From an uncultured Actinomycetes bacterium (lineage in GTDB: Bacteria; Actinomycetota; UBA4738; HRBIN12), in the NCBI GenBank assembly GCA_963722795.1, contig CAVROD010000004.1, positions 267,768 through 331,767 on the forward strand: a stretch of DNA of 64,000 bases, read 5' to 3'. This document shows positions 35,888-47,378 of this stretch, piece by piece. The notes below the pieces were generated by a model. It did no database searches. It saw only the letters and a list, made by a program, of their open reading frames with translations, and was not told the DNA's origin. Position numbers and translations under genes: made by a program. How positions within the stretch are numbered: position 1 is the stretch's first letter; each line of letters starts with the position of its first letter.

Positions 35888-37089
35888 GGCGTCGCCTCCG
35901 CGCTCCCGCCGCCGGTCGAACGGATGCCAGGCCGCCAGCGCACCACTCGGCGAACCAGATCCTTGGCCGCCGACGCGGACAGGCTCGCCGAGAGCCAGGG
36001 CACGCGCATCTGGCGCGGCAGCGCGATGGCCACGAGGTACATCACACGTGCCCACCGCCGCTGGAGGGCGCCGTAGAGGTCGTCGTCCGCGAAGGCCGAT
36101 GACAGGGGGCGGTAGCGACGCCACAGTGAGCGCCGGCCGATGCCTGCGTCGAACAGAGCGGCCTGGAACACCAGCTCACGGTACTTCAGATTCCGCTCGA
36201 GATTGAGTGCGACGTCGTCATGGCCGAGCGCCTGGAGCCGGGCATTCACCTCGTCGACGGACAGGCGCAGGTTGCCGATCAGCCGGTCGGTACGCTCGGG
36301 ATCGAGCTGGGCCCGAGCGTAGACGTTCGCGCCGTGGCGCCGGTAGGTGCCGAGCACCTCGTCGACCGAAGCGATCGGCGTGAGCAGGGGTACGAGCATC
36401 AGGAAGAACGTGTCGGCCGAGCTGCTGAAGCCTTCCTCGGGCATCGGGAAGACGAGGTCGGCGACCTGACGGCGCATCGCGATGCCGCTCGTGGGGACCC
36501 ATCGCCATCTGCCTCCGCGGCGCAGGACCCGGGGGGCGAGCCATCCGTCCTCGAATCGGGTGAGCGCCGGGATGCGCTGGATGGGCTCGCCCTCGGCATC
36601 GGTGACCATGAGCGGATGCACGACCGCGCCGACCTGGCCGCTGCGCAGCTCGTGGACGACGGCGTCGAGTTTGCCTGACTCGAACGTGTCGTCGGCGTCG
36701 AGGAACGCGATGATCTCGCCGCGTGCCCGCCCGAAGGCCGTGTTGAACCCGGCGCCCTGACCACGGTTCACCTCGTGACGCTCGAGGCAGAACCGCGGGT
36801 CGCGCTCGACGAACGAGGTCGCGATGTCGACCGAGTCGTCGCTCGACCCGTCGTCACAGACGATGACCTCGAGGTTGACGTACGTCTGCGCCCGGATGCT
36901 GTCGAGCGCCGCCGTGAGGAACCGGCCATAGTCCTTGTTCGGGACCAGCACCGAGACGAGCGGTTCGGGCGATGACGGCTCGAGCCGCACCGGTTGCAGC
37001 ACTGCATCGCTCACCGCCCGAGGGTACGAGGCGGGTGCGCTGCTTTCGCCCTGGGGTCGATCGTCGCCCCGGCCGACCTCGATGTCCAT
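35884..37089 (-). CDS. family 2 glycosyltransferase
   Basis: VSVLVPNKDYGRFL...VIVCDDGSSDDS...IAFLDADD. It starts 6 nt after the upstream stop. Confidence 0.85.
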   Translation of the reverse strand: MDIEVGRGDDRPQGESSAPASYPRAVSDAVLQPVRLEPSSPEPLVSVLVPNKDYGRFLTAALDSIRAQTYVNLEVIVCDDGSSDDSVDIATSFVERDPRFCLERHEVNRGQGAGFNTAFGRARGEIIAFLDADDTFESGKLDAVVHELRSGQVGAVVHPLMVTDAEGEPIQRIPALTRFEDGWLAPRVLRRGGRWRWVPTSGIAMRRQVADLVFPMPEEGFSSSADTFFLMLVPLLTPIASVDEVLGTYRRHGANVYARAQLDPERTDRLIGNLRLSVDEVNARLQALGHDDVALNLERNLKYRELVFQAALFDAGIGRRSLWRRYRPLSSAFADDDLYGALQRRWARVMYLVAIALPRQMRVPWLSASLSASAAKDLVRRVVRWRPGIRSTGGGSAEATP

Positions 37090-37095
37090 CGCTGC

Positions 37096-39586
37096 CTACG
37101 GGATGGGCTCGACGTGCATGAAGTCCCACGAGGCCGGGAACTCGGGAGCCTTCCCGGCGGACGTGGAGATCATGCCGACCGCGAGGCCGCGGGTGGCAGC
37201 GTCGACCCAGGAGGCGAGCGTGCCGGCCTGGAGCGTGATCGGTCCACCCAACTTGATCTCGGGTCCGAACGTGGAGCCCTGGAACGCCTGGGCGAACCCC
37301 TGCACCGTGCCGGCGCCGGGCTTCACGATGAGCCAGAGGTCGATGAAGTCGGGGCCGGGCATGACCATGTCCTTGTTCCGCTTCACGATGACCGCACCGT
37401 TGTCTTCATAGAGCAGGTTGACCTTGTCCGGCGTGCTGTTCGTCCCCTTCAGCACGACCTTCAGGTAGTCGTCTTGGGTGCCGTCGCCGATGAACAGCCC
37501 CATCGACTGGCTGGCTGCGGGCGTGATGCCCGAGAAGGGGTTCACGATGCGGGTCGACACCTTGAAGTCGGTGCTCGGTGCGTTGACCCCGAATTGGAAC
37601 CCGTATTCCTGCTTGTTCTTGGCCTTGAAGGCGTCGCCCGCCGGCACGTGCTCGATCGTGAACACGCCGGCTGCGCCACCGACCACCATGTTGTTCTCGT
37701 TGAACTGGTTCAGGTAGTCGGTCGTGCCGTTCGTCATCAGCCCCGTGAAGCCGGTGTTCGCGATGCCGCCCGGTGGCGGCTCGCCGTTCTCCCACGAGAT
37801 CACGAAGGGCAGGCCCTGCGAGAGCCCGTTGGTCGGGATCGATCGCGAACGCGTCGTTCTTGTCGGTGACGCCGTCGTTGTCGTCGTCGGGGTCGTTCAG
37901 ATCGGAGATGAAGTCGCCGTCGTTGTCGGCGGGCGTCGACGCCGCCGAGCAGGGGTCGTGCCGTTGTCGATCTCGTCGGCGTTGTCGTAGCCGTCGCCGT
38001 CCTCGTCGAGGGCCGGGTTGTCGGCGCCCGTGCACGGCGGCCTCCGCCGCCGTCGAAGTCGTTCGGCTCCATGACGATGATCTTGCCCGGTCGTCGAGGT
38101 CGGCGATCCAGATCGTGCCCGGGAAGGTCCGCCGGTCGCCCGATCGTCGTGACGTCGAGCGGGCGCGCGGGTCGACTGGAAGGTCGCGAACGTGTCGTCG
38201 ACGCGAGCGTGACCGCGGTGCCGGCGGAGTTCAGGGTGACCCGCGCGAGCAGCGCGACCCTGGTATCCGGCGAGCAGAAGATCGCCCTGCATCGCGCCGT
38301 CGAAGTTGCCGGCCGTGTACTCGGCGATGCCGTTGGACGAGTCGGGGAGCGTCGCGAGCGATGGCGATCTCCGGCTGGTCCGACTCCGGATAGTCGCACT
38401 CGACCGGGTTGGCTGCGACGATCGGCGACTCTCCGTGGAACGTGTTCGCCGCGTTGCCGCGAGTCGGGTTGGGATGCCCGCCGTAGTAGCCCTGGCCGTC
38501 ACCAGATGCAGCGCAGTCCGGCGTGCCGTCCAGGCCGTCGACGTTCAGCTGGTTCGTGCAGTTCGGGGTGCCCTCGCCGATCGGGACGTCACCCCACGAT
38601 CCGTTCGGGCCGTTGTCGGGCACGTACATCTTCCCGGCGTGGTTGCCGACGGTCGCGATCACCAGGTCGTAGGGGTTGCGGAAGCCCGACGCATGGACCT
38701 GCACCGGGCTTCCGGCGGTGATCTTCGCCTGGTTCGCGCCGTCGTTGCCGCCGAACGGGTCGTTGACGTCCTGGCCTCCCGAGTTGGCCCGGCCCGGGTC
38801 GTCGAGCGTCGGCAGGTCGTACGGCGGGTTCGTGATCGCCTCGAGGTCGATGCTCAGGATCGCCGCCGAGTACGCGAACTCAGGGAGGCCGGCGAACTTG
38901 AACGACGGGCCTCCCTTGTTCGTGTTCCCGCCATAGGCCCAGTAGAGGGTGTTCCCGTTCGGGCTCAGCGCGATGCCGTTGGGGCCGTGGTTCTCCTCGG
39001 AGCGCGGGAGCCCCCGCACGAGCACCGTGTGCGTCCACGAGCTGTCCGTTCCACGTCAGGCGCGAGAGCGTGCCGGAGTTCGTGTCGAGGTCGAGGTCGC
39101 TCCCTTCGGTGCCCGCCCCGATGCGTGGGTCCGAGGAGGTCGCGTAGATCACGGGGTTGTTCGCTGTGCCGGTGACGACGATGCCGAGGAGGAGCCGCGT
39201 CTGCGAAAGTCGATGCCGTCGACTACGGAAGTGTTGACCGCACCGTCGTCGTCGTGGTTCGGGATGGTCGTCACGCCATCGATCGTCTCGGTGTTCGTCA
39301 CGTCGTAGTTGTTGACCCCGTTGCGCACCACCGTGAACACACGGATCGTGCCGTCGAAGTACCCGACGTACAGTCGTCCGTCGGGCCCCCACTGGAGTGT
39401 GGTGGGCGCGAACCCCGAGGTGCCCCCGAGGAAGCTCGCGGCCGTGAACCCGATCGGCGCGGCATGGGCGACCGTGACCGGCAACAGCGACGCCAGCATC
39501 GCCACGACGGCGAAGGCTCCAACCGTGAATCGCGAACGTGTCCGTGAGTGCTGCATGACGCTCCTCGGGGGTCGGTGTTCCGTCAT
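37096..39586 (-). pseudogene. secreted modular protein: GSDH/SGL-like beta-propeller, TSP3 Asp-rich repeats, shared C-terminal module (many frame breaks)
   Basis: Signal FTVGAFAVVAMLASLLPVTVAHA. WGPDGRLYVGYFDG, RGLPRSEENHGPNGIALSPNGNTLYWAYGGNTN, HASGFRNPYDL. DEDGDGYDNADEIDNGT and DNDGDFISDLNDPDDDNDGVTD. Intact C-terminal 235 aa (37096..37803). Confidence 0.6.
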
Positions 39587-40693
39587 CCGCATCCTGTGCC
39601 TGCGCTGAGGCGGAACACGTCGTGGTAGGGCGATGCGCCGCCTCCTCCCTGCTTGATCGAGCCGGTGGCGATGTAGAAGGCGCCCCCGCACTCGGCGACC
39701 TGGAAGCCGTGCCGGGGCTTGGCCATCGAGGTCAACGAGCGCCACGAATCGGTCGACGTGTCGTAGGCCTGCACGGCGGCCTGGACCCCCCCGCCCTCAC
39801 CGCCGAAGACGATGACCTCACTCCCGGCCACCCCGATGCCGAAGCCGCCGCGCTTCGTCGGGATCGGGGCGTACCCCGTCTCCCACCTGCCCGTCGAGAA
39901 GTCGAACGCGTCGGTCGGCATGACCGTGGAGTTGATCGGTCCCTGGCGCCCGCCGATCGCCCAGAACTTCCCACCCGCGGTCGCGCCGTGGAAGTGCTCC
40001 CGGGCCCGGGGCATGTTGGGCAGGGCGGTCCAGTCGTCCGTCGCGGGGTCGTAGACGTCGAACCACGAGACCGCGGTGCCGCCGTGCAATCCGCCGGCGT
40101 AGTAGATCTTGCCGTTGCGCACGGCAACCGCGCCGGCGCCGCGCCCGCGGTTGCCCATCGACGCTCCCTGCGTCCATCGGTTCGTGGACGGGGTTGTAGA
40201 TGTAGACGGTGTTGACGTCGCCGTCGGGCCACGAGGTCAGGCCGCCGATCATGTAGATCTTGCCGTCGACCGCGACGGCCTGCACGTGGTGACGTTGCAC
40301 CGGCATCGGGGCCTTGGAGCTCCACGAGTTGGTGGCAGGGTTGTACGCTTTGTGCGCCGTCGTCCACCCGAGCAGGTGGAGCGTGCCGTTGAGGTTGACG
40401 TAGGAGGCTTCCTGCCGTTTGGCGGGCGCGTCAGCGAGACGCTGCCAGGACCCGGCAGCTGCGCCAGCGTCGCGCACCGGCAGGAACGAGAGCATGAGGC
40501 CGCACGCGAGCAGCAGCGCGACGACGGGGCGCGATCGAACGGTGCGTGCTGCTGCCGTGCCGGCGTGGGTGGGGGTTACCCGATGCACATCCGCCAGGCT
40601 AGCACTCGCACCGGGAGACGGGGAGGGCGACGGCTGAGCGCCGCCGCCCTCTCGCCCACGCAGGGTCCTCGATGTCGAGTCGCTAGCCACCAT
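39583..40693 (-). pseudogene. secreted Kelch-repeat beta-propeller protein (one frame break at the G-run 40187-40190)
   Basis: VVALLLACGLMLSF signal. HHVQAVAVDGKIYMIGG, AVRNGKIYYAGG, GGKFWAIGG, SEVIVFGG, GAFYIATG blades. The frames rejoin if one C is removed from AACCCCG. Confidence 0.65.
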
Positions 40694-42635
40694 TGCCCCC
40701 GACGACCTCGAGCGATCCCCAGGTCGCGGGGAAGGGGTCGCCGGGTCCCCTCGAGGTGGAGATGATGCCCACCGCGAGCGCCTTGGACCCGTCGTACCAC
40801 GATGCCGGGATCGGGATCGGCTTGCTGAGCTTGGTCCGTGGCCCTGCCACGCCGCCGGTGGTGGCGACGAAGCTGCCCTTCACGGTGCCGGCCACCGGGT
40901 TGATCGTGAGGAACAGCTCGACCGAGTCGAGGCCGGGCATCGCGAGCGCGTGCCGGGACCGCTTGATCAGCGAGTCCTTGATCTCCTTGGTCAGGTTGAC
41001 CCGGCCACCCGCGTCGCCCTGGGCGACGAGCTTCACGTAGCCGGACTGCGACCCGGAGCCGACGAACAGCCCCATCGATTGGCCGGCTTCGGCGGAGCCA
41101 CCGAACGGGTCCTCGAGCGTGGTCGAGGCCGTGAACTTCCCGGCGGTCGGCATCACGCCGAGCTGGAAGCCGAACCGCTGGTTGTTGAGGAGCCTGTACG
41201 CGTCGCCGGACGGCACCCCGTCGATCGTGAGGCTGCTCCCGAGCGTGATCTTGCCGCGTTGAACTGCTGCTGGTAGTTCGTCGTGCCGTTCTTCATGAGT
41301 CCGGTGAATCCGGTGCCGGCGATGCCGCCGGCAGGACCGCTCCAGCTCATCGACACCGGCACATCTGTGCTCGTGCCGTTGTCGGGATCGATCGCGAAGG
41401 CGTCGGTCTGGTCGGGCTTGCCGTCATCGTCATCGTCGGCGTCGTTCAGATCGGAGTTACCGTCGCCGTCGTTGTCGGGAGGCGTGGACGCCGTCGTCGC
41501 AGGGGTCGGTGCCGTTGTCGATCTCGTCGGCGTTGTCGTACCCGTCACTCGTCCTCGTCGAGCGCCCCGTTGTCCGCTCCGGTGCACACGGGCGGAGGAG
41601 TGGTCGTCGTGGTCGTCGTCGTCGTGGCTCGTGCCACAGCCGGCACCGTCGCTCAGGCGGAAGACGTCGTGGTAGGTCGTGGCGCCACCGCCGCCCTGCT
41701 TCGTGCCGCCGGTCGCGATGTAGAACGCGCCGCCACACTCGGCGACCTGGATGCCATGGCGTGGCACCGGCATCGAGGTGAGCGAACGCCAGTCGTCGTC
41801 GGAGACGTCGTAGGCCTCGACCTCCGCGTGAGCCGCGCCGCCGCCCTCACCGCCGAAGACGAGGATCTCGTCGCCGGAGACGCCGACACCGTAGCCGGCC
41901 CGCTGCGTGGGGATCTGGGCGAACCCGGTCTCCCACGTGCCGGTCGAGAAGTTGAACGCGTCGGTCTGACCGACCGTGGTGTTGATCGCGCCTTGCCGCC
42001 CGCCGATCGCCCAGAGCTTCCCGCCGACGATCGCAGCGTGGAAGTGCTCGCGCGCGCGAGGCATGTCGGGGAGCGAGCGTCCACGAGTCCGTCGCAGGGT
42101 CGTAGACGTCGAACACGGCCACTGCGGTGCCACCGTGCAGCCCGCCGGCGCACGTAGATCTTCCCATCGCGCACGGCGAGCCGGATGCGCCGCGGCCGCG
42201 GCCCGCGGGGAACGGGCTGCCCTGCGTCCAGGCGTCGTCCGCCGGGTCGTAGATGTAGACCGTGTCGACGTCACCGTCGGGCCAGGCCGCAGCCCGCCGA
42301 TCATGTAGATCTTGCCCCCGACGGCCACTGCCTGCACGTGGTCGAGCTTGATCGGCATGGCGGCGCTGCACGACCCACGAGTCGGTCTTCGGGTTGTACA
42401 CGTGATGGTCTTCGCCATCCCATCAGGTAGAGCTTGTTGCCGGCGTTGACATACGACGCTTCTTGGCGCGCGAACGTTCGCGTCGGCCAGATGCTCCCAG
42501 GAGCCATCGGAGGCGGAGTGCCGCGGAATGCGGTCGGCAGCAGCGTTGCCATACAGCGGTCGATGGCGCGAGATCGTCAACCGTCAGTCGCGTCCGGCTT
42601 CGTCATGAGACGGAACGTTCGGGATCGCTTGCCAT
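40683..42635 (-). pseudogene. Kelch-repeat propeller, TSP3 repeats, shared C-terminal module (several frame breaks; start uncertain)
   Basis: Blades GGKIYMIGG, GGKLWAIGG, DEILVFGG, GAFYIATGG. DNDGDGNSDLNDADDDDDGKPD. Intact C-terminal part 40683..41216 is paralogous to 37096..37803. Confidence 0.6.
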
Positions 42636-42740
42636 CGTGCTCCTCGGGGGATGGGGATGCGTCGTCGGGGGGAACCAAGTTACCACCAGTGATGTAGCAC
42701 TGCTATCGGACCATGGGCGGCCGCTCGTAGGCCCATCGGC

Positions 42741-45166
42741 CTATGTGGTGCCCCTGAACACGTGGACGAAGTCCCAGGTCGCCGGGAACGGAGTCGCCGG
42801 GGCCCCTCGAGGTCGAGATGATGCCGACCGCCAGCGCCTTCGACCGGTCGTACCACGTCGCGGGGATCTTGATCGGCATCCGAGGCGCGGTCCGCGGCCC
42901 GGCGTCGCCGTCGGTCGTCGCGATGAAGCTCGCCCTTCACCGTGCCCTTGCAGGTCGTTGATCGTGAGGAAGAGGTCGACGAAGTCCGGGCCCGGCATCG
43001 CGAGCGCGTTGCATCGCTGTGATTCGCACGGTCGTCCTTCAGCTCCTTCAGCAGCTGCACCTGTCCCGCCGGCGTTCGCCCTGGATCACGAGCTTCACGT
43101 AGCGGGACTGGGTGCCGCTGCCGAGCACCAGGCCCATCGACTGGCCGCGGCTCGGGTCGAGGCCGTCGAACGGCCCCACGATGCGCGTCGACGGCCGTGA
43201 ACTTGCCCGACTTCGGCGGGCTCACGCCGAGCTGGAATCCGTACCGCTGGGAGTTGAGGCGCGGTAGCGCGTCGCCGGCGGGCACCGGTGCGATCGTGAG
43301 CACGCCCGCCGCACCGCCCACGACCATGTTCGACTCGTCGAACTGGTTCAGGTAGTCGGCCGATCCGTTCGTCATGAGCCCCGTGAACCCCGTGTTGGCG
43401 ATGCCGCCGGCGGGTGAGGAGTCGTTCTCCCACGAGATCTCGACCGGCAGCCTGGTGCGTCGTGCCATCGCGCGCGATCGATCGCGAAGGGGTCCTTGCG
43501 GTCGGGGGTGCCGTCGTCGTCGTCGTCGGCGTCGTTGAGGTCGGACGTGCCGTCGCCGTCGTTGTCGCGGCGGCACCGACGCGGCGGAGCAGGGGTTCGT
43601 GCCGTTGTCGATCTCGTCGGCGTTGTCGTAGCCGTCGCCGTCCTCGTCGAGATCTGGGTTGTTCGTGCCCGACGCAACCGCCGCCCCGCCACCGCCGCCG
43701 AAGTCGTTCGGCTCCATCACGTAGATCTTGTCGGTCGCGAACGCCGGCGATCCAGATCGTGCCCGGGAAGTCCTCGCCGTGTCCCATCGTCGTGACGTCG
43801 AGCGGCTTCACATCGCCCTCGGGGAAGGTCGCGAAGTTCTCGTCACTGCGCGGTCACGGCGGTGCCGGCCTGCGTTGAGCGAGACCCGCACGATCTTGCT
43901 CGGCCCGTACGCCGCGAGCACGAGGTCTCCCTGCATCGCGCCGTCGAAGTTGCCGGTCGTGTACTCGGCGATGCCGTTGGACGAGTTGGGGAGCAAGGTG
44001 AGCGAGGTCGTCTCGTTCGACTTCGATGCCCGGTAGTCGCACTCGACCGGGTTGTCCGAGACGATCGGCGACTCGCCGTGGAACGTGTTGGCATCGTTGC
44101 CGCGCGTCGGGTTCGGGTGGCCGCCGTAGTACCCGTTCGAGACGAGGTGCAGCGCGTCGTTCGACCCGGTGTCCCCGCCGGGCACGGTGGCGTTCGTGCA
44201 GTTGTTCGTGCCCTCGCCGACCGGGGGCTCGCCCCAGCTCTTGTTCGGGCCGTTGTCGGACAGGTACATCTTGCCGGCGTGGCTGCCGACGGTCGCGATC
44301 ACGAGGTCGTAGGGGTTGCGGAATCCGGGCGCGTGCACCTGCACCGGGCTGCCGGCGGTGATCTTCGCCATGTTCGCGCCGTCGTTCCCGCCGAACGGAT
44401 CGTTCACGTCCCTCCTCCCGAGTTCGCGCGGTCGGGGTCGTCGAGCGTGGGCATGTCGTAGGTGCGTGTTCCCGATCGCAGCGAGGTCGACCTTGAGCAC
44501 CGCCGCCGAGTACGCGTACTCGGGCAGGTTCGCGAACTTGAACGACGGGCCGCCCTGGTTCGTGTGCCCCCCGTACGCCCAATAGAGGGTGTTGCCGTTG
44601 GGGCTCAGCGCGATGCCGTTCGGCCCGTGGTTCTCCTCGGAGCGGGGGAGCCCCCGCACGAGCAGCTTGTGGGTCCATGCCGAGCCGCTCCAGGTCAGGC
44701 GCGAGAGGGTGCCGGAGTTCGTGTCGAGGTTGAGGTCCGCCCCCTCGCTGCCGCCGCCGATGCGGGGATCGGACGACGTCGCGTAGATCACGGGGCTCTG
44801 CGCGGTGCCGGTGAGCGCGAGGCCGAGCAGCAGACGGGTGTTCATCGCGCGTGTTCTCGGTGCCGTTGTCGTTGTGGTTCGGGATGTTCTTGACGGCGCT
44901 GATCGTCTCGGTGCCGTCACCCGGTAGTCGTTCTTCGCGTCGCGCGTCACGGTGTAGGCGCGGATCGAGCCGTCGAAGTAGCCGACGTAGAGACGGCCGT
45001 CGGGACCCCACGCGAGGGTCGTCGGCATGTTCGCCGACGTGCCTGCGAGCGTGCTCGAGGCCGAAGCCGACCGGCTGCCTGGGCCGGGAGCGCCGGGAGG
45101 AGCGACGCGCATGAGCGCGATGCAGGGCAACGGGAGACGAGCGAGCGGGGAAGGCGGGACCTGCAT
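42741..45166 (-). pseudogene. paralogue of 37096..39586 (GSDH-like propeller, TSP3, C-terminal module; many frame breaks)
   Basis: WGPDGRLYVGYFDGSIRAYTV, RGLPRSEENHGPNGIALSPNGNTLYWAYGGHTN, GYYGGHPNPTRGN. DEDGDGYDNADEIDNGTNP. The tail ...TPFPATWDFVHVFRGTT* ends at 42741. Confidence 0.6.
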
Positions 45167-45340
45167 GTACGAACTCCTTGTCGTTCAGGTACCCCCTGAG
45201 CGTCCGTTTCGCGCCGAAGCTAACACAGCTGCTCGTAGGACGCGGAACGGGCCGATCGGCCCACGCAGCGTAGGCCGAAGGTCGAGCATCCCCGGCCCCG
45301 AGGCCTCGCCGGAGCCGTGTTCGCTACGCCCGTGGCGGAG

Positions 45341-46949
45341 TCAGAAGTTGTCGGTGCACTCCACGAGTGGCTCGGAGCACACGCCCACGCCGTCGGCGGC
45401 GTCGTTGTTGCGCACGATCGCGTGCATCTGCCAGCCGTGCTTCTCGCCCGAGAGCCGGCCGTCGGTCCGCAGGAACACGCCCCCGCGGCCGTTGCCGGAG
45501 GTGATGTTGTTCTCGATCAGCATGTTGCGGGAGCTCACGCCCGAGATGCCGCCGTCGGCGGCGTGGTCGCGACCCTCCCAGCCGTTGTCGGTGACGACGT
45601 TGTTCCGGATGATCGCGCGGCCCTCCACGACGCGGCCCGCGATGTACTCGTCGCTCGCCCCCGACTTCTCGTAGTGGACGCCCTTGCGCGAGTTCCGCGA
45701 GATCACGTTGTTCTCGATCAGGAACGTGCCGATGCACTGCACGTCGCACCACACGCCGTTGCCGAGGTTGTCGTGGATGTACGAGTTGCGAACCGTGAGC
45801 CCGTCCTCGCCAAGACGCGCGAACTTCAGGCCGCCCGCGCCCGATCCGAGGTGCTCGTCAGAACCGTTGTGGTCGATCTCCGCGCCGTCGATCAGGATAT
45901 GGCCGCGCGCATAGTCGAGGCCGCATCCGATGCCGTTGCGATCGTTGTGGTGGTACCGGCCGCGGATCACCTGCGTGCCCGTCCAACACTCGATCGCGCG
46001 CAGCTCGAAGCCGGAGATGTCGAGGTCCACGAACGACACGTCTCGATGCGCCCCGTCGCCGTTCGTCAGGTCGAAGCGCCATGTCGGCTCCGCGCGCCCA
46101 CGATCGTGGCGGGGCCCACGAAGGTCTGGCCGGTCTTGGGCTGACCGGCTCGTCGAACCGATACGTGCCGTGCAGGCAGAACGTCGTGCCGGGCCGGCGT
46201 GTGCGTCGACGGCGGCCTGCACGTTCGCGCCGGACGCGACGTGCGACGCCGTGACACTCGGTGATCGGCGGCTGCGTCACCGGGGTCTCTTCCGCCGGTG
46301 GCTCCGTGGGCGCGGGTTCCTCCGGCTCGACGGTCTCCCTCGGCACGATCGATCCGGTCGCGAGCACCTCGATGCCCTTGATGGCCGGATGCTGCTCGTC
46401 GTTGCGGAACGCGACGCGCAGCCGATGATCGGACTCGACCACGAAGGATTCCATCACGCCCCGGTACCCGCCGCCGGCCTCGGTGAAGACGTCATAGCTC
46501 CTGAGCACGGTCGAGCCCTCGATCACGACGGCGAACTGCCTCGCGCCCGTCGAGAAGGCCTCCGGGAAGGTCTCGGCGAAGTACAGGCGCACCTCGTAGG
46601 TGCCGGGCTCGACCGGCAGCCGCCAGCGCATCCGTGGATCCTCGTCGGGGTCCCATCGCTCGCTCTGGAACATCGCGGCAGGCGTGCCGTCGGGGATCGA
46701 CGGGTGGGAGATGTCGATGACCTGCTGGGTGCCGGATGTGCTCGTGTCCTCGGCGTTCACGTACGGCGAGGGCCGCGACTCCGTGTCGCGCGACCACCCG
46801 CCGGCGAGGTCGGGTCCGCCCGCATTGATGCGATAGCGCACCACGGCCCCGACCGTCTCCGCATCTGATGCCTCGAACGAGGCGAGTCCTGCACTGACGA
46901 CCGCGAGCAGCAAGCCCGCGATCGCGAACGACTCGATCCGTGTCCGCAT
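45341..46949 (-). pseudogene. malectin / beta-helix protein, paralogue of 25772..27385 (frame break near 46150-46230)
   Basis: Signal FAIAGLLLAVVSAGLASF. YRINAGG...ERWDP...YEVRLYFAE...IKGIEVL. The beta-helix half lies in the 45341..46222 frame (IHDNLGNGVWCDVQCIGTFLIENN...). Confidence 0.7.
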
Positions 46950-47378
46950 CGTGTCCCCCTCCGTCGTTGCGGTGGTCTCTGACCACCGCTCGTGCGGCCT
47001 GCGGGCCCCCCGGGGCTACCACGTGACCTCCGTGCCGGCCCGCCTACCGAGCCGCCTTCGGTGCGTGTGTGCGATCGATCCGTGCTCCGATATGGGAGAA
47101 CCTCCCGACCGTCTCGTCATCGTGACGGTGGGGAGGCTGTAAGCCAGAAACGCTACAGAATCGATCGCGGGGCGACCACTGAATCTCGCGAAGGCGCCCG
47201 GCGCTTCTCGGCGAAAGGGCGCACCTGCGTTGCAGGTGTTGGGGGAAGTCCACCATGGACGAGCCGGTAGCCAAATCGTCGATGGGATCGAGGAAGCTCG
47301 CAGGAAGGGCAAGCCATGAGGATTCAGCTATGGCGAGTTCGCCGACGTGTATCGCGGCGGAGGGTTCGACGACCGGCT

